From Candidatus Desulfopertinax cowenii (GTDB taxonomy: Bacteria > Bacillota > Desulfotomaculia > Desulfotomaculales > Desulforudaceae), in contig MPOA01000001.1 in assembly GCA_001899445.1 (NCBI GenBank), positions 148,564 to 212,563 of the forward strand: a DNA stretch of 64,000 nt. Direction: 5' to 3'. Below are positions 9,241 to 17,425 of this stretch, one piece after another (positions within the stretch are counted from its first letter, which is position 1; each line of letters opens with the position of its first letter). The translations under genes and the position numbers were made by a program. The notes beneath the pieces are model-generated. The model was not told the DNA's origin. It made no database searches and was given only the letters and a program-made list of their open reading frames with translations.

Positions 9241-11082
9241 TTAGTGCACCCGGGTGAACCCGGCCCGCGCGCGCAGGTAGCGCCCCCGGGGAGTGTAGGC
9301 GGTGTGCAGGAGCTTCTTTGCCTTCTCGCTCAGCGGGTGGCCCAGGTACTCCTCATACAGCTTGCGCACCGCGGGGTTTTCGTGCGCCCGCCGCAGTTCC
9401 CGCTTGAGATCGATGCTGTAAAGCGCCTCAGCGCGCCTGCGCCGGCGTTCCCACGGGGAATCCTTGCGGCGGCCAGGACCCAAGATCGGCTGGCCCCCGC
9501 CACCGATACAGCCCCCGGGACAGCCCATGATCTCCAGAAAATGGTACTTCGCCCCGGCCTTAATCCGTTCCAGCAGGCGGCGAGCGTTCCGGGTGCCGTG
9601 GGCAACCGCCAGCTTCAACGTCCGGCCCCGCAGATGCACCTCAGCCTCTCGCACCCCGTTCAGCCCGCGGACCGCCTTGAAGTCCACCCGAGCCATCTCC
9701 TCCCCTTCGGTCAGGGCGTAGGCAGTGCGGATGGCGGCTTCCATAACCCCCCCGGTGGCCGCGAAGATCACGCCCGCCCCGGTAGCGATGCCCAGCGGGG
9801 CGTCAAACTCCCCCTCTTCCAACGCATCCCAGTCCAGCCCCGCCTGCCGGATCATCCGGGCCAGCTCCCGGGTGGTCAGCACAAAGTCGATGTCCCTTCG
9901 GCCCGCCTCGGACACCAGTTCCGGGCGAGCGGCCTCGAATTTTTTAGCCGTGCAGGGCATTATCGCCACCGTCACCAGCTGGTCTGGATCAAGACCTTCT
10001 TTTTCCGCGTAGTAGCTCTTGACCAGGGCGCCGAGCATCTCCTGCGGGGATTTGCAGGTGGAGAGGTTGTCCAGAAATTCGGGGTAGAAGTGTTCGCAGA
10101 ACTTGACCCAGCCCGGACTGCACGAGGAGATCAGGGGTAGTTCCCCTTTTCCCCCCAGGCGTTCCAGCAATTCGTGCGCTTCCTCCATAACCGTCAGGTC
10201 AGCCGCGAACTCGGTGGAAAACACGGTGTCGAACCCGATCGCCCGCAGGGCCGAAACCAGTTTGCCCGTAACCACTGTCCCGGCCGGCATCCCGAACTCT
10301 TCGCCCAGGGTGACCTGGATGGCTGGCGCCGTCTGGACCACCACCTGTTTCCCCGGGTCGTCGATCGCCTTCCAGACCTCGTGGATGTACTCGCGTTCGG
10401 TGAGTGCCCCGGTGGGGCAGGTCAGCAGGCACTGGCCACAGCTGATGCAAGCGGCCGCCTCCAGGTCCCCTTCAAAGGCAGGCCCGATCACCATCTCAAA
10501 ACCCCGGCCCGTCGCGGTCAGTGCATCCACGCCCTGAACCTTGCGGCACACTTCGACGCAGCGGCGACACTTGATGCACTTTTCCGGGTCGCGCACCATA
10601 AACGGATTGTTTTCGAGCATCTGGCGCCGGCGGCGCCGGTTGAAAAACTTTAAACGGTGCAACCCGACCCGGGCCGCCATCTGGCGCAGTTCACAGGTTT
10701 CCGCCCGGGGGCAGACCGGACAATCGGTGTGGTGCTCGGTAAGCAGTAGTTCAACCACCCGCCGACGCGTTCGCCGCACCCGCGGGGTATTGGTGCGCAC
10801 CACCATCCCTTCCCGCACCGGGGTGACACAGGCCGCCGGGAGAGTGCGCATCCCTTTCACCTCCACCACGCAGACCCGGCAGCAGCCGGGCTCGCTGATC
10901 CCCTTCAGGTAGCAGAGGGTGGGGACGTCGATGCCGTGGTCCCGGGCGGCGTCCACGATATTGGTACCCTCCTCAGCCGTCACCTCCCGGCCGTCAATGG
11001 TGAGCCGCACCCGGCGTTGATCCACTGATCTTACCGGATCGTGGAGCCGGGCATCCCTGTTTTCAGTCGTCTCCTGCTGCAC
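9241..11082 (-). CDS. hydA: [FeFe]-hydrogenase, monomeric multi-cluster type (2Fe-2S + 4Fe-4S domains + H-cluster domain)
   Basis: Has an N-terminal 2Fe-2S ferredoxin fold (CYL..GCCRVC) and two CxxCxxCxxxCP motifs. H-cluster motifs L2 (MPCTAKKFE) and L3 (EIMGCPGGCIGGGGQP) are canonical. L1 is deviant: SSCSPGW instead of TSCCPxW. The start is set at GTG 11082, with GGAGG 6 nt upstream. Confidence 0.85.
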   Translation of the reverse strand: MQQETTENRDARLHDPVRSVDQRRVRLTIDGREVTAEEGTNIVDAARDHGIDVPTLCYLKGISEPGCCRVCVVEVKGMRTLPAACVTPVREGMVVRTNTPRVRRTRRRVVELLLTEHHTDCPVCPRAETCELRQMAARVGLHRLKFFNRRRRRQMLENNPFMVRDPEKCIKCRRCVEVCRKVQGVDALTATGRGFEMVIGPAFEGDLEAAACISCGQCLLTCPTGALTEREYIHEVWKAIDDPGKQVVVQTAPAIQVTLGEEFGMPAGTVVTGKLVSALRAIGFDTVFSTEFAADLTVMEEAHELLERLGGKGELPLISSCSPGWVKFCEHFYPEFLDNLSTCKSPQEMLGALVKSYYAEKEGLDPDQLVTVAIMPCTAKKFEAARPELVSEAGRRDIDFVLTTRELARMIRQAGLDWDALEEGEFDAPLGIATGAGVIFAATGGVMEAAIRTAYALTEGEEMARVDFKAVRGLNGVREAEVHLRGRTLKLAVAHGTRNARRLLERIKAGAKYHFLEIMGCPGGCIGGGGQPILGPGRRKDSPWERRRRRAEALYSIDLKRELRRAHENPAVRKLYEEYLGHPLSEKAKKLLHTAYTPRGRYLRARAGFTRVH

Positions 11083-11155
11083 GGGGCACCTCCGCTTAAT
11101 GGACCAGAGTTGCTTCCTGGGCCTAGTCTTTGTCCTAGTGGCGGGTTTAATACCG

Positions 11156-11902
11156 TCACCGATGGTAAACTCCAATCCCCACCGCCCGGGCGAGGGCGGT
11201 TATCTCCTCCGGGCTCGGCCGCGGCCGCCGGTTATAGGCCGGATCCAGGCAGGTGCCCGGACGGAAGGGTTGCAGGCGAAACCGCACCGTGTCCTGCAAC
11301 TCCGGAAATTCGGCCAGCATTTCTTCCAGCAGCTCCTCGGTATGCAGCCCGGGAACCACCGTGGTTCGCACTTCCCCTCGCTCCCGCGCCAGGACCAGGC
11401 TGATGGTTTCCCGCACCTTTTCCGGTTCCGGGCACCCCAGCTTCGGGTAGTGCCGCAGCAGTATCTTGTAGTCCACTGCCACGTAGTCCACCAACCCCGC
11501 ATCCAGCAGGTGCGCCACCATGTCCGGCCTGGTGCCGTTGGTATCCAGTTTGACCAGGTATTCCATGGCCTTCACCCGCCACAGGAAAGCGGGCAACCCG
11601 GGCCACAGGGTCGGTTCACCACCGGTGGCCACCAGCCCGTCCAGGAAGCCCCGGCGCTGTGCCAAAAACTCGAGTACCCCTTCCACCGGTACCGTCTCCC
11701 CAAACAGGTTTGGATCCACGAGGTTCGGATTCTGGCACCACGGACAACGGAGGTTGCAGCCGCGGGTAAACACCACCGCGGCCACTTTCCCCGGCCAGTC
11801 CACTAGCGATAGTTTCAATAGGCCCGCTATCCCCGCTCTTGTTTTATCCACTCCGGCCCCACTCCATCCAGCACTAATAATGAAACATTCTCCGGTCGGC
11901 AT
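11156..11902 (-). CDS. nrdG: Anaerobic ribonucleoside-triphosphate reductase activating protein (radical SAM)
   Basis: Contains the CNLRCPWCQNP radical-SAM cluster motif and lies immediately downstream of nrdD. The true start may be the internal GTG near 11851, because the listed ATG overlaps the nrdD end. Confidence 0.88.
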   Translation of the reverse strand: MPTGECFIISAGWSGAGVDKTRAGIAGLLKLSLVDWPGKVAAVVFTRGCNLRCPWCQNPNLVDPNLFGETVPVEGVLEFLAQRRGFLDGLVATGGEPTLWPGLPAFLWRVKAMEYLVKLDTNGTRPDMVAHLLDAGLVDYVAVDYKILLRHYPKLGCPEPEKVRETISLVLARERGEVRTTVVPGLHTEELLEEMLAEFPELQDTVRFRLQPFRPGTCLDPAYNRRPRPSPEEITALARAVGIGVYHR

Positions 11903-14009
11903 ACTCGGCCTTCTTACCTTCGTTCCACTGGCTCACCGGCCGGTAGTAGCCGACGATGCGGGAGTAGACTTCGCACGCCTCCCCGCACCTGGGGCAGTAC
12001 CGGTGTTCCCCACTGATGTACCCGTCGCTCGCGCACACCGAGTAAGTGGGCGTGAGGGAAACATAGGGTACCCGGAACCTCCCGAGCACCCGGTTTACCA
12101 GGGCGGCGCTGCTCTCAGGATCAGGCAGCGCTTCACCCAGGAAAATGTGCGCCACCGTGCCCCCAGTGTACAGTTCCTGGAGTGGTTCCTGGTGCGTCAT
12201 CATTTCGAACACGTCGTCGGTGTGTGACACCGGAAGCTGGGTCGAATTAGTGTAGTACGGGGCAGCCCCTTTCTTCCAGGCCTCCTCGTTGGCCACCCGG
12301 ATGCCGGGGTATTTCATCTTGTCGAGCCGGGCCAACCGGTGTGAAGCACCCTCCGCCGGTGTCGCCTCCAGGTTGTACAGGTTACCGGTCCGTTCCTGCA
12401 CCCCGGCGATGAACTCCCGCAAGAAACCTAGAATCCGCAGGGCGAACTGCCGGCCGGCGGCCGTATCGATCCCTTCCCCGTACAGGTTAAGGGCCGCCTC
12501 GTTGCCGCCCACCAGTCCGATGGTCGAAAAATGGTTCGACCAGTAACGGCCCGAGCGCTGTTTGACACTCTGCAGATACCGCCGCGAGTAAGGATACAGG
12601 CCGGAAGCGGTTAGCCGCTCCAACACGCGGCGTTTGATTTCCAGGGAGGTGACCGCCAAGGAGGCCAGTTCGGCCAATCGGTCAAAGAACTCGGCCTCGT
12701 CCCGGCCGATATAGGCGAGGCGCGGGAGATTCAGGGTGACCACCCCGATGGATCCGGTAAGCGGGCTGGCCCCGAAAAGACCCCCGCCGCGTTTCAAGAG
12801 GTCGCGGTTGTTAATCCGCAGCCGGCAGCACATACTGCGCACGTCCTCCGGCTTCAGGTCGGAATTGATGAAGTTGGCGAAGTAGGGCGAGCCGTATTTG
12901 CCGGTAACCCGGAAGATTTTTCGGGATACCTCACCGTGCCAGTCAAAGTCGGCCGAAATATTGTAGGTTGGAATTGGAAAAGCGAAGCCCCGGCCGCGCG
13001 CATCCCCTTCCAGCAACACGTCGGCGAACGCCTGATTAATCAGGCTGACTTCTTCCTGGTAGTCCCCGTAGGTGTTGGAACTTGCACTCACCCCGCCCAC
13101 GATCGCCGGCTCGCGCTTCAAAAACCCGGGCACATCGATATCCATGGTGACGTTGGTAAATGGGGTTTGGTAACCAGTACGGGTCGGCACGTTTAGGTTG
13201 AACACGAATTCCTGCAACGCCTGCCGAACCTGAAGGTAGCTCAGGTTGTCCGCCCGCACGAAGGGTGCCAGGAGGGTGTCCACATTTGAGAAAGCCTGCG
13301 CGCCGGCGGCCTCCCCCTGCAGGGTGTAGAGGAAATTCACCATCTGGCCAAGCGCGGACCGGAAGTGCTTCGGCGGCCGCGATTCCACCTGGTTGGCCAC
13401 CCCGCCGAACCCCTCCTCCAGCAACTGCTTCAGGTCCCACCCCACGCAATAGACACTAAGGTAGCCTAAATCATGAATGTGGAAGTCGCCTTCACGGTGG
13501 GCGCGGCGCACTTCCGGCGGGTAAATCCGTTCCAGCCAGAAGTGAGCGGCCGCGGTGTTGGAAAGGTAGTTGTTAAGACCCTGCAGCGAAAAGGCCGAGT
13601 TGGCGTTCTCCGATACCCGCCAATCGGCTTGGTTCAGGTAGGACTCAACCAGGTCACAGCTCACCAGCGATTTCATGTCGCGCATCTGCCGGTGCTGCTC
13701 CCGGTACAGGATGTAGGCCTTGGCCGTTCGGTAGTAGCCCAGCTCCATCAGGGCAGTTTCCACCAGGTCCTGGACTTCCTCGACGGTGGGCAGCCTTTTC
13801 CCCCCGCGTTGCAGGGCCTCCAGCACCCGCTGCGTGACTGCCGGCGCCGCCTCCTCGGCCCACTTGGCCTCCCCCGTGGCCCGAAACGCCTTGAGAATCG
13901 CGTTGGTGATCCGGATGTCTTCGAAAGGTACCGTACGGCCGTCACGCTTTTGAATCGAATCAAAGATCAAGGGCGAACATCTCCTTGGCGCAAAGTAAAA
14001 GCCCGGCAT
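11874..14009 (-). CDS. nrdD: Anaerobic ribonucleoside-triphosphate reductase (class III)
   Basis: Has an N-terminal ATP-cone (IQKRDGRTVPF), a C-terminal Zn-ribbon (CPRCGEAC) and a glycyl-radical tail (SRIVGYYRPV). An alternative TTG start at 13970 has AAGGAG upstream. Confidence 0.93.
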   Translation of the reverse strand: MPGFYFAPRRCSPLIFDSIQKRDGRTVPFEDIRITNAILKAFRATGEAKWAEEAAPAVTQRVLEALQRGGKRLPTVEEVQDLVETALMELGYYRTAKAYILYREQHRQMRDMKSLVSCDLVESYLNQADWRVSENANSAFSLQGLNNYLSNTAAAHFWLERIYPPEVRRAHREGDFHIHDLGYLSVYCVGWDLKQLLEEGFGGVANQVESRPPKHFRSALGQMVNFLYTLQGEAAGAQAFSNVDTLLAPFVRADNLSYLQVRQALQEFVFNLNVPTRTGYQTPFTNVTMDIDVPGFLKREPAIVGGVSASSNTYGDYQEEVSLINQAFADVLLEGDARGRGFAFPIPTYNISADFDWHGEVSRKIFRVTGKYGSPYFANFINSDLKPEDVRSMCCRLRINNRDLLKRGGGLFGASPLTGSIGVVTLNLPRLAYIGRDEAEFFDRLAELASLAVTSLEIKRRVLERLTASGLYPYSRRYLQSVKQRSGRYWSNHFSTIGLVGGNEAALNLYGEGIDTAAGRQFALRILGFLREFIAGVQERTGNLYNLEATPAEGASHRLARLDKMKYPGIRVANEEAWKKGAAPYYTNSTQLPVSHTDDVFEMMTHQEPLQELYTGGTVAHIFLGEALPDPESSAALVNRVLGRFRVPYVSLTPTYSVCASDGYISGEHRYCPRCGEACEVYSRIVGYYRPVSQWNEGKKAEYADRRMFHY

Positions 14010-14098
14010 TTTCGGCCGGAACTTTATGGCAATTTCCTTAATAATTTGACGGTATTCGCAAAAACCCTGCCGGTTGTCTCAAGCTTTGCCGCAACTAT

Positions 14099-14569
14099 TC
14101 AGTCGGTAAGCAGGCAGCCCTTGCAGAAGCTCCGCTCGCCGCTTTCCACGTAGCGCATGAACCGTTCTAAAAACTGGACCTTCTCGTCCCGGCAGGAACG
14201 GATAAACTCAACCATCTTCATTATCCGTTCCCGGGCCTCTGGAGAAAGGTAGTGTTCCATCCGGCAGGCATCCTCCTCCGCCACCTTGGGATCCAGGCCA
14301 AGAATCTCACTGAAAAAAGCGTACAGCATCTGGTGCCGGGCGTAGATCTCCTTGGCCACCGCCTCGCCCTTGGCCGTCAGCTCGATATGTCCGTACTTCT
14401 CCTGTTCCGCCAGACCCTTTTCCGATAGGGTCCGGACGGCGGCCACCACCGAAGGCATGGTCACGTTCAGGGCCTGGGCCACGTCCTTAACCCGCACCAC
14501 TTTCTGTTCCAACCCGATCACGTAGAGGGCCTCCAGATAATCTTCCACCGACTGGGAGTACCCGGTCAT
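14099..14569 (-). CDS. DtxR/MntR-family metal-dependent transcriptional repressor
   Basis: Has an N-terminal winged-helix (EDYLEALYVI...VRVKDVAQALNVTMPSV) followed by a dimerisation/metal-binding domain. It is 156 aa with no SH3-like domain, and is the last gene of the feo operon. Confidence 0.85.
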   Translation of the reverse strand: MTGYSQSVEDYLEALYVIGLEQKVVRVKDVAQALNVTMPSVVAAVRTLSEKGLAEQEKYGHIELTAKGEAVAKEIYARHQMLYAFFSEILGLDPKVAEEDACRMEHYLSPEARERIMKMVEFIRSCRDEKVQFLERFMRYVESGERSFCKGCLLTD

Positions 14570-14647
14570 TTTCGCGCCTCCCGGCTTTTCTTCCCAGTAT
14601 AACCGATTCCCCGCGCACCGTAAATGCCTTCTGGGATTAACTTACAT

Positions 14648-14812
14648 TTACCTTTTTTGGCCTTCGCGGCAGGTCCGGCAGGCACGGCAGTATGCACACC
14701 CGGTTTCGACGAGTAGCCAGCAGCAGCGCGGACAACGCCATTCCCCGGCTATCGGATAGCCACAACGGGGACAGATCTGTACCACGTTGTTGTTGACTTT
14801 GGCCTTGCTCAT
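14648..14812 (-). CDS. Small Cys-rich protein (54 aa, 10 Cys: CPRC...CPRCC...CxxCxxCxxC)
   Basis: The start was moved to the internal ATG (MSKAKV...), which has GAGG 9 nt upstream. It sits between feoB and the DtxR-family gene on the same strand. I do not recognise a family. Confidence 0.45.
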   Translation of the reverse strand: MSKAKVNNNVVQICPRCGYPIAGEWRCPRCCWLLVETGCAYCRACRTCREGQKR

Positions 14813-14870
14813 TCTGTCTCGCCTCTGTATATCAGTTTCCGGGGCAAAAACCTGTGCCTCCCACCGCGGA

Positions 14871-16859
14871 TCAGGAATCCGCTCCCGCCGCCCCGACATC
14901 GAGCCTACCCGGACGTTTCACCAGTTTGCAGAGCAACACGATCGCGCCCCCAATACCCGCAAAGGCGGCCAGCACCAGGGCCACGTTGGGATCACCGTCA
15001 GGCCCGAAAACCCTGCTCAACTGCATCACGGTTCCACCGACCGTAAAGGCGATCAACCAGGTGCTGCCCCAGATCAGCGCGCCGTCTTTCCAGCTCCGTT
15101 CCTTGAAGATGATAAACACCGAGGCGATGCAGGGCACGAACAGCGTAATGGTGATCAGCGCCACCACGGTCTGCAGCGCTGTCAGCTCCAGGGTCAACAG
15201 GCCCGCGGCGCCGAAGTCGCGCCGGACGATGCCCATGATGAACGCCGTGGCCGTTTCCACGGGCAGGTTCAGCCAGCCCGCCGTAACCGGGGCCAGGCCG
15301 CGCTGGATAGCCGCCAGCGCGCCGGTCAGCTGCAGAACGCTGATCAGCACGGCGCCGAGCATAAACAACGGCGTGGCCTCTCTTAGAAAGCCGAAGGCTT
15401 TGTTCCCCGTTTTCTTCAAGACGTTGCCCAGCCGGGGCACCCGCAGCGGGGGCAGGTCGATCAGCAGGTGCGTGGAGGTGCCCGAAAAAACGGTGTTCAG
15501 TACCGTGCCGACAACCAGGAAAACCATCAGGATCACCAGTACGTACATCATCAGGAAGGCCGCACCCAGTCCAGCCAGCATGCCGGCAATCACGGCAAGC
15601 TGGGCGGAGCAGGGGATGGTCAGGCCGAGCAAGAAAATGGCGATCCGACGCTCCCGGTCGGTGTTCAGCATCCGGGTGGTGATAGTGGCCAAGGTTACGC
15701 AGCCGAAACCGAGGATGAACGGGATGATGGCCTTACCGTTCAAGCCAACTCCGGTCAGCACCCGGTCCGCCAGGGTGGCAATCCGCGGCAGGTAGCCCGA
15801 ATCCTCGAACAGCGCCAGGAAGAAGTAGAAGCCCACGATGAGCGGGAGCAACAGCCCCAGGATGTAGACCACGGTCATGGTGAGTACGCCGAACTCACCG
15901 ATCAGGATCACGCCCAACACCGAGTCCTCGGCAATGAAACGCCCAATGAAATCACTGACCGCCGGCTCGTAGATCCCGCCCATGATTTCGTCCTCGGTGA
16001 AACCAACCACGGTCTGGGCAATGAAAACACCGATTACCTGGTACATCACAAAAAGTGTCAGAAGCAGAATCGGAATCCCGGTCAGCGGCCGGATCATCCA
16101 CCGGCCCAGCACGGCACCGAACGGGCTTTCACGTTCGGCGATCCGGACCACGGCCCTGACCAGTTCGTTCACTCGTTCGCGCCGGCGACGGTAGATCTCC
16201 TCCCGTTCATCCCCCGGCTCGATGCCGTGGCGTTCGGCCACCGCCGGGTCGCCTTCTAGGATCAGCAGGGCGTCACCTTGTTCGCCCACTCGGTTCTGCA
16301 TCTCCCGAAGCCGGTCAGCCAGTCCGGGCGTCAGGTTACCTGGCTTCGCCCGGGAAAGGGCGGCCGCTTTTACCTCGTTGAAGCCCTGCTTCTTAACGGC
16401 CACGGTGGGGACAACGGTCACCCCCAGCATTTCGCTCAGCAGCCCGGTATCGATTTCAATGCCCTGAGCCGCGGCCTCGTCCACCATGTTTAGCGCGACC
16501 ACCACCGGCACCCCGGTATCGATGATCTGCTGGGTGAGAAACAGGTCCCGTTCCAGGTGCACGGCATTGACCACGTTGAGCACGACGTCGGCCGCCAGGA
16601 TGATGTCCCGGGCGATCCGTTCCTCGTCGTTAAAGGAGGAGATGCCGTAAACCCCGGGGGTGTCAATCAACACGTCGTCCCCCAGGTGGCCGTAGGAGAT
16701 TTCGAGCGTGGTACCCGGATAGTTGGAAACATCCACGTAAAGGCCGGTGAGAGCGTTAAAAAAAACCGACTTTCCGGCATTCGGGTTGCCGGCGAGCACA
16801 ATTTTCCGGGCATCCTTGGGGATTTTGATTTCCAGATCCAGGTTATGGTGATGCTTCAC
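14871..16859 (-). CDS. feoB: Ferrous iron transporter B
   Basis: Has an N-terminal G-domain (GNPNAGKS, DTPG) followed by the polytopic gate domains, 662 aa in total. Confidence 0.95.
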   Translation of the reverse strand: MKHHHNLDLEIKIPKDARKIVLAGNPNAGKSVFFNALTGLYVDVSNYPGTTLEISYGHLGDDVLIDTPGVYGISSFNDEERIARDIILAADVVLNVVNAVHLERDLFLTQQIIDTGVPVVVALNMVDEAAAQGIEIDTGLLSEMLGVTVVPTVAVKKQGFNEVKAAALSRAKPGNLTPGLADRLREMQNRVGEQGDALLILEGDPAVAERHGIEPGDEREEIYRRRRERVNELVRAVVRIAERESPFGAVLGRWMIRPLTGIPILLLTLFVMYQVIGVFIAQTVVGFTEDEIMGGIYEPAVSDFIGRFIAEDSVLGVILIGEFGVLTMTVVYILGLLLPLIVGFYFFLALFEDSGYLPRIATLADRVLTGVGLNGKAIIPFILGFGCVTLATITTRMLNTDRERRIAIFLLGLTIPCSAQLAVIAGMLAGLGAAFLMMYVLVILMVFLVVGTVLNTVFSGTSTHLLIDLPPLRVPRLGNVLKKTGNKAFGFLREATPLFMLGAVLISVLQLTGALAAIQRGLAPVTAGWLNLPVETATAFIMGIVRRDFGAAGLLTLELTALQTVVALITITLFVPCIASVFIIFKERSWKDGALIWGSTWLIAFTVGGTVMQLSRVFGPDGDPNVALVLAAFAGIGGAIVLLCKLVKRPGRLDVGAAGADS

Positions 16860-16923
16860 GTCTTTATCTCTCCCTTTAAAAAATCAACCCAGCAAGTGCA
16901 AAAGCCGGACTACCCGCTTACTA

Positions 16924-17142
16924 TTACTGGAGGTTAACCGTGATCTGCCTGGCCAGGCCCCGCCCCAACGCGATTTCCTGTTTGTTCTTACTGATAATGA
17001 TCGGGCCGGCCGGCACCACCTCCTCACAAAGGACCGTTTCGCCCTCTGCGATGCCGAAGCGAATGGCCTGCGCCCGGATCAGGGCGTCAGGAATGCTGAT
17101 GATGGTAAACGTCTGGCCTCTCCTTACCCGGTCCAAAGTCAT
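16924..17142 (-). CDS. feoA: Ferrous iron transport protein A
   Basis: A small SH3-like FeoA domain. The start is set at ATG 17142 (MTLDRV...), with GGGGAGG 8 nt upstream. Confidence 0.85.
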   Translation of the reverse strand: MTLDRVRRGQTFTIISIPDALIRAQAIRFGIAEGETVLCEEVVPAGPIIISKNKQEIALGRGLARQITVNLQ

Positions 17143-17309
17143 TGCGATACCTCCCCTAATCAACAAATATAACAAAGTTTATATTGAATAACTCTGTTAA
17201 CCCTGCCTAACTTAATTAAAATACCTTAGCTGCTCTTTGTCAAGCACTTTAAATAAAACTTAAAAAATTTCGCCGCCGGAGCACCAGTTTTGAACCACTC
17301 CCCCCTATA

Positions 17310-17324
17310 TGATGATAACTATCA
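17310..17324. promoter_or_regulatory. Fur-box-like 7-1-7 inverted repeat TGATGATAACTATCA
   Basis: Matches the Bacillus-type TGATAAT-N-ATTATCA consensus at 12 of 14 half-site positions. It lies in the AT-rich region upstream of feoA. Confidence 0.4.
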
Positions 17325-17331
17325 AGTTGGG

Positions 17332-17341
17332 GTTAGCTAAC
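17332..17341. promoter_or_regulatory. Perfect 10-bp palindrome GTTAGCTAAC (DtxR/IdeR-like half-sites)
   Basis: The half-sites GTTAG/CTAAC equal the core of the IdeR/DtxR box (GTTAG-S-CTAAC) but lack the central base. It sits 8 bp from the Fur-like box, upstream of an operon that ends in a DtxR-family gene. Confidence 0.35.
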
Positions 17342-17425
17342 TTTGTTATGCACAATAAACAAATGGCCGGCCCTTGTCAAGAGCCGGCACCCCAAAACCT
17401 AGATTTATTTCTTGTCAAACTTGAT

